Positions 1-13,704 of a stretch of 64,000 nt of DNA are shown here, one piece after another (positions within the stretch are counted from its first letter, which is position 1; each line of letters begins with the position of its first letter). A program made the translations under genes and the position numbers. The stretch is from Malacoraja senta (taxonomy: Eukaryota). Below the pieces are notes generated by a model that saw only the letters and a program-made list of their open reading frames with translations, was not told the DNA's origin and did no database searches. Where the stretch lies: assembly GCA_038087875.1 (NCBI GenBank), contig CM075994.1, forward strand, positions 7,876,001 to 7,940,000, written 5' to 3'.

Positions 1-369
1 AATGGGCTTAAGAGGGAAAGATAGATCAGCCATAATTGAATGACGGAGTAGACTCGATGGACTGAATGGCCTATTTCTGCTCCTGTAACATGAACTTATG
101 ACAAGGTACAAAATGATAGGCTGATATGAAACATTAGGTCATATGCGATTCAGGCAGAGCTGGCCAACTGGATACAAAATTGATTTGAAGGTCGCAGACA
201 GAGGGTGGTGACAGAGGGTTGTTTTTCAGACGGGAGGCCTTTAACAACCACAGGGAGAATGAAATTGAGTGAAACCACAAAATACTGCAAATATCTTGCT
301 GCCACAATCAACAATAAATAACTGCTCCCTCCATGAAGATGGTAATAGACAATAGACAATAGGTGCAGG

Positions 370-1232
370 AGTAGGCCAATGACACCAAAATTGGAGGTGC
401 AATGGACAGTGAAGAAGGTTATCTAAGATTACAAAGGGATCTTGATCAACTGGGCTAAGGAATTGTAGCTGAAATTTAATTCAGATAAAGGCGAGGTATT
501 ACATTGTGGTACGACAAACCAAAGCAGGACTTACACAGTAAATGATAGGGATCTCGGGAATGTTGTAGAACTGAGAGATCAAGAGTTACAGATACATTGT
601 TCCAAGAGAGTGGGGACACATGTAGACATGGTGGGGCAGAATATGTTTGGTACACTTGGCTTTATCGATCATGGCTATTGAGTACAGGAGCTGTGTTACA
701 GCTATACAAGATGTTGGTAAGGCCATATTGGGAGTTCTGTATACAGTTCTGGTCACCTTGCTGCAGAAGGATGTCAATAAACTGGAAAAATTGACAAAAC
801 AGATTTACGAGGATGTTACTGGGTTGCAGAGTTTGAGTTATAAGGACAGGCTGGATAGGCTGCGACCTTTTCCCCTGGCATACACTGAGGGATGATCAAC
901 CAGAGGTTTGTAAAATTATGAGGGACAAAGAACAGGTGAAGAGCCACACAGTCTTTTTCCAAGGGTGTGGGAATCTAAAGGGCATGGGTTTAAGGTGAGA
1001 GGGGAAAGGTTGAAAGGGGGTCCTGAGAGACAACTTTTTTCCACACAGAGGGTGGTGCATACATGGAAAGAGCTGCCAGAGGAAATGGTAGAGGTGGGTA
1101 TGACTATAACATTTCTTTCGGAAAGGTTTAGAGGGTTATGGCCAGGGCAGACTTAGCTCGGTTAGGTTAGGCAACTTGGTCAGATGGACAAATTGAGCCA
1201 AAGAGCCTGTTTCCATGCTGTATAATTCTATG
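370..1232 (+). mobile_element. Old CR1 (HER1-like) LINE 3' fragment
   Basis: Degenerate RT C-terminal peptides (LYKMLVRPYWEFCIQFWSP; GHGFKVRGER) and CR1 tail. Confidence 0.85.
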
Positions 1233-1332
1233 ACAATATATCATAGTTGGTACCATTAAAACTTGATTAATGCAAATACATCAAATACAGTAAAAGAACA
1301 TAATTAACTGATTGCTTTCTTTGTTTATTCAG

Positions 1333-1359
1333 AACATCACAAGAAAGCTTCCTAACAAG
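1333..1359 (+). CDS. Putative 27-nt phase-0 micro-exon of a cytokine-like gene (NITRKLPNK)
   Basis: Pyrimidine tract and acceptor ttgctttctttgtttattcAG; donor AAG|gtacat; lies in non-repeat sequence; phase 0/0 joins in frame to 5941-6057. Confidence 0.5.
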
Positions 1360-2079
1360 GTACATTTTCATGCATGTTAATATAATGCCTCTCATTTATC
1401 AAATCATTGTGAGAAAAGTAATTTTATAAAACAAAGTAAATAAATAAGTTTCTTAAAACAATGCAACTTACATTTATGTAGCGGTTTAAGTCTTTGTCAG
1501 GTTGAGCTTCAGTGAGAGGAAAGGAAAATGGAAAGGTACAAGAAATTCTAGAATATAGGGTTGGGTGGATGAAGTAAAGTAAAGCCATCAATGAAGAGGC
1601 AAAAGAGGGGGGTGAAGAAGCATATGAAGCCAGTTCGCAGTAGGTTGTATGGTTTGAGAAGATGAAGGGAGTTGAGAATTTTTTAATGAAGCTGCCATTG
1701 AACGTTAGCCAACTGGGAGGAGATGGAGGAATGAAACGATGCAAATTAAGATGTATACAGCAAATTAGTGATAGTAAGACTAAATTGGTTAGGCAGCCAG
1801 GCTTGCACTGCATTGAGCGTAGAGGAAACAAAATCATAAAGGAGGGAGAGTTTCATCAGCAGACTTGGTACTGGAAGGACAGTGGGTTTGGACACTCTGC
1901 TTGAAGTCAAATGTAGGCTGACCCCATCAGGGTCATAGTTAGACATGGTGGCATGTAGCTAAAATATTTGGCAAGGAGAAGGATACAATCTGTGATTAGA
2001 GAACAAGTAACATGAAATGCCAAAATAAGAACTGTTATGGTATTTATGGATTCACAAGGTTACCCACCATTCGATAAAA

Positions 2080-2700
2080 TGATTGCTGATCTAATCTTGA
2101 CCCCAATTCCACTTCCCTGCCTGTTCTCCAATATCTTTCATTCTCCTAGAGCACAATAATCTGTTCACTTCAGCCTCCATAGTTCTCTGAGATAAGAAAG
2201 TCTCAGGTTCACTCCTCAACACATTCCTAAATGTGGACCTCTGATTCTGAAACCACACTCCCCACTGCCAAATTTTACAGATGAGGGGAAACTCCATCTC
2301 ACGATCTTTCCTGTCAAGTCCTCTCAATTTTATGTCTCGATCAGATCACCTCTCATTTTTTAGGCCTAGTCTGCACAAACCTTTCTCACAAGGCAATCAT
2401 TCCAAAAGTCCCCCTTGTGAACCTCTATAAACTGCTTGCAATTAATGCAAACGTACCGCTCCTAAATTACAGCTGGACTATACACAGATTATTGCACAAC
2501 TATGGGTAGACTTATGAGTAAGCAACTTAGAAGCGGACCAGCACATGACATTCATTATCATTTTGACAGTAATGCAGACTAACCTCATGGCATAGTCATT
2601 AACTTTCCCAAGTTCCCCAGAATTCATGTGTTTCTCTGTGATAGAAACAGAGGAGACATTTTCATTAAGGACCTTGCCCATCTCCTGCAACTACACACAT
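2080..2700 (-). mobile_element. Degenerate CR1 LINE fragments
   Basis: MRGLDR...FPL and EMGKVLNE...SV peptides of CR1 ORF2. Confidence 0.6.
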
Positions 2701-2829
2701 AGATAACCACTTTGATTTATGAGGTGCCCTATTCTTTCTATGTACCCCTTTCCCCCTTAATTTACTTAAAATCTCTTTAGAAACTCTTTAATCTTATCTG
2801 CCACATCTATCTCATGCACTCTTTTTGAG

Positions 2830-4040
2830 GTGCCGGAAGTCGAGAGGGTGGCTAATGTTGTGCTGCTATTTAAGAAGGGCTGCAAAAAAAACCCCAGGGA
2901 ACTCTAGACCAGCAAGCCAAATATTTATAGTGGAACAGTTACTGGAGAAGATTTTGAGATTTACATGCATTTGGATAGACAGGGGTTGATTACGGACAGT
3001 TACCATGGTTTTGTACTGGGGAGCTTATGTCTCACAAATTTAAAGAATTTTAGTTTTTTTAGGAAAACACCAAGAATGTGGATGAGGGCAGGGCCTTAGA
3101 CGTAGTTATATGGACTACAGCACAGCTTTAGATAAGGTTCCGCATGGTAGGCTGCTCTGGAAGGTTAGATCACATGGGATCCAGGAGGAGCTAGTTAACC
3201 AGATACAGAATTGGCTTCATGCTAGGAAGCAGAGGGTGGTGGTGGAATGATGTTTTTCAGACTGAACAAGTGGTATGCCTCAGGGATCAGTGCTGGGGCC
3301 ACGACATTTGTGGTTAGTATTAATGACTTGGATGAGACTGTGCAAGGCATAATTAGTAAGTTTACACATGAAACTGAAATAAGTGGTGTTCTTGACAGTG
3401 AAGATGGTTATCAAGAATTAAAGCAGATCTTGATCAGCTGGGTAAATGGGCAAAGTTGGGCCAAGGAATACCAAGTGGAGTTTTAAATCAGATAAGTGTG
3501 AGGTTTGCATTTTAAGAAGTGAAACCAGGACAGGACCTTCACAGTGAACGTTGGGGAGGCTGCACTTGGAGTATTGTGTTCAGGTTTTGGTCACCCTGCT
3601 ATACGAAAGATGCCATTAAGCTGGAAAGAGCGCAGAGACTGATGAGGGAGTTGCCAGGACTAGAGGGACTGAGCTATAGGGAGAGTTGTGCAGGCAAGGA
3701 CTTTATTCCTTTGAGGACAGGTGGCAATCTTAAAGAGGTGTATAATTGATGTGGGGAATAGATTTGGTGAATGCACAATTTTTTCCAGGGTAGTGGAATC
3801 AAGAACTAAAGGGCATAGGATGGTTTAAGGCCAATTGAGAGAAGATTATAATAGGAACCTGACAGACAACATCTTCACACAGAGGATGATAGATTTATGT
3901 AACAAGCTGCCAGGAAATGTGGCGAGGCAGTACAATAACTACACTCTAAATACATTTGGACAGATAAATGGCTAGGAAGGATTTATGGGCCTAGCTTTGA
4001 TGGGACATCTTGGCCAGCATGGACTAGTTGGGTCTAAGGG
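2830..4040 (+). mobile_element. Old CR1 LINE RT fragment
   Basis: Degenerate INDLDE..ISKF and FWSPCY..IKLERAQR motifs, with many stops. Confidence 0.85.
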
Positions 4041-4867
4041 CTTTTATTGCCTATTTCCTTAGTGGATTTTGTGTTTTTTGTGTATTTCATTTACTTTCTA
4101 ATTGCCTGCATGTTAATGTTGTAATTTTCATGTGCTGGGTTAACCCCAAACATCTGTGTCACAGCATCTTGCAGTGATGTAAACAATATTTTGCATTTAT
4201 TATTCTACCAAAATAGGATAATCACTAATTTCTTCATATAAAACATGAACTGTCGGAATTTTCTTCCTGATTTTCTACCATTTTTGTGATGTTTCTGCAC
4301 AGATGTAAAATATTTACTTTAAGTATTTGCCATTGCCTTATTTCTCATTATTTTTCCACATGAGCCATCTCCTAAGGCAGTCATTCCCAATACCTTTAAA
4401 TGAAACCTTTACTTTTTCCACCCATAAATACCTGATGGATTGATGTGCCTTTAAGGAGCTGGGGCTGTACATTGTGTTAATTATATTTTTGTTTTTGCTA
4501 TTTTTGTGAACGTTATAACTGAGTTATCTTTATATTGCTAGCCTCATGGATCCCCTGTAATCTAATACCCCAGGATGAAATTACTGCACCTCGGGTCTAA
4601 CATTTACGTTAGATACTCTCTTCCCTTTTATATACTTGCAGGAGCTCCACTCTTATTTTTGGTATTTTGTTCATAATCTATTTTCTCCATTCCGAAATGC
4701 TATCTCAATTTATGAATCCCCTTCCTAATTTTCTGCACGCTCACTAATTTTCTCAATATTTTATTGCTTTTCTTTGGATTTGAATCGAACTTTGAATTGG
4801 AATTTTATTTTCTTTGAATGCATGACTTTCTTTGTTAGTGATAGATGGACTAAGTTATCCTTTTTGT

Positions 4868-5360
4868 GGAAAGCACAAAGTTCTGGAGTAACTCAGTAAT
4901 TGTTCTGGAATAACCAGTAGCATATCTGGAGGATATGGTTAGGTGATATTTCAGGTCGGGACCCTTCTTCACATTGATTGTAGTAGCGGGGAAGAAAGAA
5001 AAGAAGTGGATGCGGGGACAAAGCCTAGTAAGTGATAGGTGGATACAGGTGCAAGGGCTTTTAATTAGCAGGTGGGTGGACAAAGGTTAGAGGTAAAAAC
5101 AAAGACAAGCGGGTGTAAGGAGCAGAGGAGAGAGATATGAAGCTAGAGGAAGGGATATAGGTGGAATGGTGCGGGGGGACAGTGGGAGTGGGCAAATAGT
5201 GGGAGAAATTGGTGTGCACCTGAATGGGGCACAGGCAAGAGAGGGTGAAAATAGTTTGGGGGGGATGTTGTTACCTAAAATTGGAGAATTAAATATTAAT
5301 ACCATTGGAGTTATTCCAGCACTTTGTGTTTTGCTCAAGATTCTAGCATCTGCAATTCAC
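4868..5360 (-). mobile_element. Degenerate Penelope-derived 3' fragment
   Basis: Similar to the 3' end of the element at 59585-60790 (ctggagtaactcag...gacccttcttca). Confidence 0.6.
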
Positions 5361-5740
5361 TGTTTCATTACCCTTTTCGTAGAGTTTTGTTTTCTTTCAA
5401 TTCAACATTTCTTTGTTGACATTTTTGATTTTTATTTGGCAATGGTTTTACGTGGGTCAAAGCCAGTGATTTATGCCTTCCCAAACAGATGGATGGAAAA
5501 TGAAAACAAAGGGTATAAGATAAGGAGAGAAGAAGAGTGAGATGTGAAGCTGGAGGGAGGGATATAGGTGGGCCATTGGAGGAACATTTGCAGAACATTA
5601 AGGCTTAGAATTGGGAGCAAAATAGCGATTTCAAATATGTGGGATTTTGATCAAAATAAATTCCCGACTTACCTTCTGGAAAAAATCAATGACCAAGTTC
5701 TAATTCTGGCCCTCTGCTTTTGCTAGCCTGATGAATTATG

Positions 5741-5744
<4 letters not shown>

Positions 5745-5781
<37 letters not shown>
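5745..5781. repeat. (TA)n microsatellite
   Basis: Direct observation. Confidence 0.95.
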
Positions 5782-5783
<2 letters not shown>

Positions 5784-5940
5784 CTACCCGAAACATGTTT
5801 TAACTTTATTGTCTAATATGTGCTAAATCTATCACATATCTATTGTTTTTTCATTTAATTTAGCAAGCTATTGTCATTTTATGAGTGAAATGTGATTGGC
5901 CAATTTAAAAAATGACAGAATATAATCAATTTGATTTTAG

Positions 5941-6057
5941 AACCCACTCCTGAAAATTGTATGTGTCACCTGCAAGCTAAAGGATGAATACAGTAATAAA
6001 ACGATCCTTAGTGCATTAAGGTCCGTCTACAGAGCTTGCGGCTTGAACATTTGTAAG
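5941..6057 (+). CDS. 117-nt internal phase-0 exon of a cytokine-like gene (NPLLKIVCVTCKLKDEYSNKTILSALRSVYRACGLNICK)
   Basis: Acceptor ttgattttAG, consensus donor AAG|gtaagt, open frame, two amphipathic helical segments, 4 Cys, NKT sequon. Confidence 0.75.
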
Positions 6058-7179
6058 GTAAGTTTCAAATGTTGTTTACTTTTCTCACTGTTAAAACACA
6101 TATTACAGTATTCAGAGAAGATGTTGATACCAGTTCTAGATGTTGCATAATCATCAAAACTTCCAGAATATTCTTTTGTGATTTTGAGATCGTATTTTGT
6201 AGTCAGGTTATGACGATAGAATCAGAATATTTATGACACATGAGGTTGTTTGGCCCATCATATCTGTGCTGATCAATGAAGAGCAATGCAACCCAGTCCC
6301 TCTTTCTGGTACCAGGTGTATAGCTCTGCATGTGACCTTTTTTTTAAACGTACATCCAAGTTATGTTGGCAGAGAATACCAGACCTCTACCGACTCCTGG
6401 GTTAATATATTTTTCTTAGTTCCGCCTCAATCTTTCTATCAAATACATTAAATCTTTGTCCACAGCGTTTCAATCCATCTGTGAAGGGGAATAAGTCATT
6501 TTTGATTATTCTATCTTGGTCCTTCATAATTTAATACAGCTGAATTTATCTTCCTCTGTTAAAAAAAAAACACCCTAGTCTATCCACGCAACTTCAATTT
6601 TCCAGTCCTGGCAACAACTTAGCTTTGTAACTTGGCTCTGAACTTGGCTGTCTTGGCTTTGTAAATTTCCTCTGCAAACTAGTGCAGAACCTCATCTGTC
6701 ATATATACTTCTGGCATAAAATCCCCATTCTATGCTTTATATACTACAGAAGTGCATTAATGTGCTTTTTTAATCATGTCATTGAGTTGAACTCCTATCC
6801 CTTAAAGATCTGAGAACATACACACAAGGTCCCCAAATTTCTCAATATCTTCCATTTATTTTACTTTCCCTTGTTTTGGTTACAAAGCCCAAGTGCTTTA
6901 CCTCACACTTCTTTGGTTGTATTTCTCATTATCCAGATTTGATAATCCCAACTTGTTTTTCTTTTTGGGGAATATGTTTACCCATAGACTTTTGGTTCTT
7001 GCATGGCTTTGAAACTCATATATCTTTACATAATTGTCCAATTTTGTTAACATTATTAACAGTGACATTGATCTTACTTCAGTGTATAATCTTCACCTTT
7101 TATCTTTGTACCATGCAGTAAGCACCTCACAGTGTGATTGTCCTTTGTTTTTAACTAAATCTGTATTTACCATTTAATG

Positions 7180-7730
7180 AAGACATAGACTTCAGATGCT
7201 GGAACCTTGAGCAAAAATAAACTGATGTGAAACGCTCAATGGGCCAGGCAGCACATGTAGAAGGAAATGGACTGACAACTTTTCACTCATCATCCACCTC
7301 TCTCTATTCTGGGTCCCCAATTTTCTCCCCCCAACCTGCTTTCCACTCACCATTCCTCCTTGTGGTTCTACATTTCACTCCCTACCTTCCTACTCCCCAT
7401 CATTTGCACCCTTTTGTCCCCTCCACCTATCACCTCCAGCCACAGTTTCTATCTCTATCACTCCACCCCCACCCGACCTTCATCTGCGAATCAACTTCTC
7501 CTTGCCTGGATTCACTTAACACTTGTCAGGCCTTGCCCCACCCCTTCCTTTTCCCTCCTTCTGCCAGCTATCTTCCTTCTACTCCATCAGTCTGAAGAAG
7601 TGTCCCAACCCAAAACATTACTTATCCATGTCTACCAGAGTTGATGCCGGATCCGTTGAGTTACTTCAGCACCTTCAACTGAAGTAACCTTCCTTTACTC
7701 AAGATTCCAGCATCTACAATTTCTTATGTC
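7180..7730 (+). mobile_element. Degenerate Penelope-derived 3' fragments
   Basis: catcagtctgaagaag...aaac motif near 7590 and the conserved downstream tail. Confidence 0.6.
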
Positions 7731-7872
7731 TCTCTAAGAATTTAGTTTTTTGTTAATCCAACTGGGCCAAGTATTAAATGATGTGAATTTCATCATGAAA
7801 GAATCAATGTTATTGTTGCACTGTGATTTATTCTTTTCAAAATGTACTTATTATTGCTTTTCTATTTTAAAG

Positions 7873-8016
7873 GAAACAGAGACATTTTGTCAAAAAAATA
7901 AACGTAAATCCACTCCGGAGAAGAACAATGGTCAATTATCGTATCGTAATCTAAACAGGAAAATAACTATCCTGTATAGCAATTGGCTTCATCTAGAATC
8001 AAGTCATATATCATAA
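7873..8016 (+). CDS. Terminal coding exon of a cytokine-like gene (ETETFCQKNKRKSTPEKNNGQLSYRNLNRKITILYSNWLHLESSHIS*)
   Basis: Acceptor ttgcttttctattttaaAG, phase 0, ends at TAA; LxxxIxxLxxxW helix pattern; AT-rich downstream sequence with ATTTA motifs. Confidence 0.7.
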   Translation, partial: ETETFCQKNKRKSTPEKNNGQLSYRNLNRKITILYSNWLHLESSHIS

Positions 8017-8220
8017 AACTCCAATGATCCACTTGCGTAACAAGTTTTCTGAAAATGTGTATCATAATTAATTTGATGAAGGAATGTAAGGAAAGTATTG
8101 TTATGATTTTTTAATGCAATTACTTACACAAGTAGAACCACGTCATAAAAATAATCGCAAGGCTAAATTTGTGATGACTACAACTTTAAAAATTATTATT
8201 TCTACAATTGGAATTTATAA

Positions 8221-8600
8221 AACATAGAACCATAGAAAATAGGTACAGGAGGAGGCCATTCTGCCTTTCGAGCCAGCACGCCCATTCAATATGATCATGG
8301 CTGATCATCCAAAATCAGTACCCCGTTCCTGCTTTCTCCCCATATCCCTTGATTCCTTTAGCCCTAAGAGCTATATCTAACTCTCTCTTGAATACATCCA
8401 GTGAATTGGCCTCTACTCCCTTCTGTGCCAGAGAATTCCACAGATTCACAACTCTCTGGGTTAAAAAATGGTTCCTTATCTCAGTCCTAAATGGCCTACC
8501 CCTTTTTCTTAAACTGTGTTGCCTGGTTCTAGACTCTGCCAACATTGGGAACATAGTTCCTGCATCCAGCCTATACAATACCTTAAGAATTTTATATAAT
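8221..8600 (-). mobile_element. CR1 LINE 3' end inserted downstream of the cytokine-like stop codon
   Basis: ORF 8315-8578 (RLDAGTMFPM..ESRTR..FLTQRVVNLWNSL) and CR1 tail. Confidence 0.9.
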
Positions 8601-8935
8601 CAAGCTTTTATATTTTATATTAAAATATGCAGTTATTTTAGGCAGATAAATCATTTATTTTTGTCTTACATAAAAATACAGCACAATCTATAAGGAATGT
8701 TAATACATACTGATATTGATTTATTCAACTGAGCAAAGCAATAGGAATTGTCAATTTTACTAACGCACTAAGTTTTTAATTTATTTAATCCAGTTAATTT
8801 ATGAATACAAACTGCTATATTCTAGCTTCAGTATTTTCTGTATTAAATGTAAATCCAGGTGGAATATTAACATTTAATATCTATGACTGGAGTCTTGAAA
8901 TATTTATGTGTATTTATTATTAAAAACATTAAAAA
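8600..8935 (+). promoter_or_regulatory. AU-rich putative 3' UTR segment with ATTTA elements and ATTAAA poly(A) signals
   Basis: Several ATTTA pentamers (about 8653, 8783, 8902, 8912) and two ATTAAA hexamers near 8919 and 8928, downstream of the stop at 8016. Confidence 0.4.
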
Positions 8936-9418
8936 CAGATGTGAATCTGGTTTAATTTTGCTATCAAACAGTCCTTGTTTGACACCTCATTGATTTTCAT
9001 CATAACATATGATAAAAAATTACCCTGAGGGGTAACGTTTTTACACAACGGGTGGTGGCTATATGGAATGAGCTGCAGGAGGGGGTACAGTAGTTGAGGC
9101 ATGTACTATCATAATGTTTAAGAAACATTTGCACAGGTACATAGATAAGAAAGGTACAGGGTTATGGGCAGGTGGGATTAATGTAGATGGGGCATATTGG
9201 TTGGGGTGGGCATGTTGGGTTGAAGGGCCTGTTTCCATGCTGTATGAGTATGACTTTATGACAAAGGACGTGGAACTCTACGGGACTGACGTTGGACGAA
9301 ATATTCCCTGTATTATAAATAGTTTGAAACATAAATGAAAAAATAGGTTAAGATATACAAAGGATAAATTTCACAAAATTATATTTTGTTTCAGCTTTCT
9401 TTCAAAAACTGTGCATTC

Positions 9419-9618
9419 NNNNNNNNNNNNNNNNNNNNNNNNNNNNNNNNNNNNNNNNNNNNNNNNNNNNNNNNNNNNNNNNNNNNNNNNNNNNNNNNNN
9501 NNNNNNNNNNNNNNNNNNNNNNNNNNNNNNNNNNNNNNNNNNNNNNNNNNNNNNNNNNNNNNNNNNNNNNNNNNNNNNNNNNNNNNNNNNNNNNNNNNNN
9601 NNNNNNNNNNNNNNNNNN
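9419..9618. other. Assembly gap (about 200 N)
   Basis: Run of N. Confidence 1.
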
Positions 9619-9899
9619 GGAGGGACAGGCCACACTTGCGCCAAGTACAGCAGGCCCCGAGAGCACCTCACACCTGATGACCACATTTTTTTCCGGTTAT
9701 GGAGAGGGAGCGTTGCCTCCACAGCTCCAGCTTCTTCCCCACCTTGACTATCCGCTCCAGCCAATTCTTGTTACACGCCTCAGCCCCCCCCGAACCAGAC
9801 CCCCCAGCACCTTCAAGAAGTCAGGCTTGATGGTGAAGGGGACGGAAGATCGGTCGGAGCCAGTTGACAAAGAGCATGGCCTCGCTCTTCCTGCGGTTC

Positions 9900-10320
9900 A
9901 CCCTGGCTCCCCCGCTCGGTCCGCAATAAACCAACCTGACCTCCCGGTGACTCAGCACTTCCACTCCCCCCTTCCCATTCCATATCTGACCTCTCTGTCC
10001 TGGCCACCTCCATGGCCAGAGTGAGGCCCACCGTAAATTGGAGGAGCAGCGCCTCATATTTTGCTTGGGGAGTTTACACCCCAGCGGTATGAACATTGAC
10101 TTCTCCAATTTCAGGTAGTCCTTGCTTTCTCCCTCCTTCCCCTCCCCTTCCCAGCTCTCCCACAGCCCACTGTCTCCGCCTCTTCCTTTCTTTTTCCCAC
10201 CCCACCCGACATCAGTCTGAAGAAGGGTCTCGACCTGAAACGTCGCCTATTCCTTCTCTCCATAGATGCTGCCTCACCCGCTGAGTTCCTCCAGCATTTT
10301 TGTCTACCTTCTATCTTTAG
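9900..10320 (+). mobile_element. Penelope-like element 3' fragment (end of GIY-YIG domain plus terminal repeat)
   Basis: NQPDLPVTQHF peptide; close match to the reverse complement of 59585-60000. Confidence 0.85.
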
Positions 10321-10327
10321 CATCTCG

Positions 10328-10636
10328 TTAGTTTAGTTTAGTTTAGTTTAGTTTAGAGATACAGCGCGGAAACAGGCCCTTTCCGGTCCGCGCCGACCAG
10401 CGATCCCCGCACACTAACACTATCCTACACCCACTAGGACAATTTTTTACATTTTACCAAGCCTGCACGTCTTTGGAGTGTGGAGGAAACCGGAGATCTC
10501 GGAGAAAAAGCCACGCGGATCACGGGGGCGAACGTACAAACTCCGTACAGACAGCGCCCCGTAGTCAGGATCGAACCCGGGTCTCCAGCGCTGTGTTCGC
10601 TGTAAGGCAGCAACTCTACCCGCTGCGCCACTGTGA
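10328..10636 (-). mobile_element. tRNA-derived V-SINE (HE1-like), representative copy. Others at about 16200-16520, 22850-23125, 24045-24334, 25564-26035, 27600-27890, 29265-29545, 32105-32290, 33590-33880, 38690-38985, 43600-44390, 44435-44730, 52500-52785, 54175-54455, 56710-57020, 57433-57712, 61660-61950
   Basis: A box TGGCGCAGCGG, B box GGTTCGATCC, V-domain-like core (gtttgtacgttc...cccacactccaaagac), CR1-like tail ending (AAACT)n. Confidence 0.9.
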
Positions 10637-10866
10637 CATGGATAGGTGACGTTTTGGGTCGGGACTCTTCTACGGACGGTTATTAGAGTCACACACTCAT
10701 GGAGTCCTTACAGCGTGGAGTCTTACAGGCCCTTCGGCCCAAATTGCCCACAACAACAAACATGCCCCAACCAGAGAGCAGTCCTGAACGACTATCTATC
10801 CCATTGGTGACCCTCAGACCATCCTTGATCGGACTTTGCTGGCTTTACCTTGCACTAAACATCATT

Positions 10867-12078
<1,212 letters not shown>

Positions 12079-12934
12079 TTATCATGTATCTGTACACTGT
12101 GGACGGATCGATTGTAATCATGTATTGTCTTTCCGCTGACTGGTTAGCACACAACAAAAGCTTTTCACTGTACCTCGGTACACGTGACAATAAACTGAAT
12201 TGAGCCGAACTGATGCCCCATCTAAGCTGGTCCCACCTGCCTGCTACATGGTCATAACGTCACAGAGTGGAAACAGGCCCAACTTGCCCACACCAACCAA
12301 CATGTCCCAGCTACACTAGTCCCACCTGCCTGCGCTTGGCCCATATCCCTCGAAACCTGTCCTATCCATGTACCTGTCCAAATGTTTCTGAAACGTGGGG
12401 ATAGTCCCAGCCTCAACTACCTCCTCCGGCAGCTCGTTCCATACACCCACCCACCCACTGTGTGGAAAAAGTCTCCCCTCAGGTACATATTAAATCTTAA
12501 ACTCACCAAATGCTCTGTGTGGAAAAAAGTCGCTCCCTCAGACTGAAGAAGGGTCTGGACCCAAAACATCACCTGTTCCTTCTCTCCAGAGATACTGCCT
12601 GTCCCGCTGAGTTACTCCAGCATTCTGTGTCTCCCCTCAATCAGACTTTACTGGCTTTACCTTGCACTAAACGTTATTCCCTGAATCATGTATCTGTACA
12701 CTGTGAATGGCTCGATTGTGATCATGTATTGTCTTTCTGCTGGCTGGATAGCACGCAACAAAAGCTTTTCACTGTACCTCGGTACACGTGACAATAAACT
12801 GAACTGAACTAAACTAAACTCAGTTGTCCCCAGTGTGTGTTAGGATAGTGCTAGTGTGGTCGGCGCGGACTGGGTGGGCCAAAGGGCCACTTTCCCCGCT
12901 ATGTCTCTGAACTAAGTCTCGAGCACATACTCAC

Positions 12935-13040
12935 TGTAAAATCCTGTCCCAGTTTCCAAGACAGTGTCGAACTGTCATCCTCATGAATTATTCCATATCT
13001 GACGTGCACCTCTCCAAAAACCGTCTCACCATAAGTGTGC
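12935..13040 (-). CDS. C4: Complement C4-like exon 8 (HTYGETVFGEVHVRYGIIHEDDSSTLSWKLGQDFT)
   Basis: 106 nt, tctctctaAG / gtgagt, phase 2->0; matches human C4 [21 protein letters not shown]. Confidence 0.9.
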
Positions 13041-13099
13041 CTTAGAGAGATGAAGGTTCAAACAGGCATTAAGAACACAGAACATGGAAGATGAAGAAC

Positions 13100-13700
13100 A
13101 CCGGGAGCCGCACGATGGCAGCCTCGCCAACAGTCTGTCTGTCTTTTTGGGGGTTTTGAAAATTTGTTTTAGTGTGTTTTAAAAGTTTGTGTTATGTGGG
13201 GGGTGGGGGAGGGGGTTGAGGGAAACTTTTTTTCAGTCTCTTACCTTGCCGGAGATGCGATTGTTTTCCGGATCGTAACTCCGGTCGCTCTGCGGCCCTA
13301 ACATCATGGAGCTGGAGGCCTTGCTCGGGACTGACTTTGAGCCCCACCGCGGGCCATGGACTTACCACTGGAGCCTGCGATCCCTTGCCTGGGATCGACG
13401 CTCCAACCACGGCCTGCCGATTTCACCATGGAGGAGCTCGCAGTCTCGGGTAGAGACCGTAGATGTCGGGAAACTCCAATGACGCAGAAGGTTTCGACCA
13501 GCCCCGACCCGGGGTTCGATCGCTCGGCGCGGGGGAGCTGAGATTCCCCCCCCCCCCCACCGATGCAGGGGCTTGATCGCCCCCGGCACGAAGGGCCCAA
13601 ACGCCGCGGCTACGGGAGCCAAGATCATCCCGTCAACGGAAGGCTCGAGGCCCCCGACCACAGGAAAACAAAGAAGGGAAGAGATTGAACTTTTTTTTCT
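13100..13700 (+). mobile_element. GC-rich interspersed repeat, unclassified (second copy at 32430-33060)
   Basis: Both copies share gatggcagcctcgcca...ttaccttgccg..gatgcgattgttttccggatcgta...gagattgaactttttt. Confidence 0.7.
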
Positions 13701-13704
13701 CCAT

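Noticed and set aside
1424..1946. 137-aa and overlapping short ORFs
   Set aside because: No recognisable motifs or splice support; purine-rich, probably decayed LINE sequence
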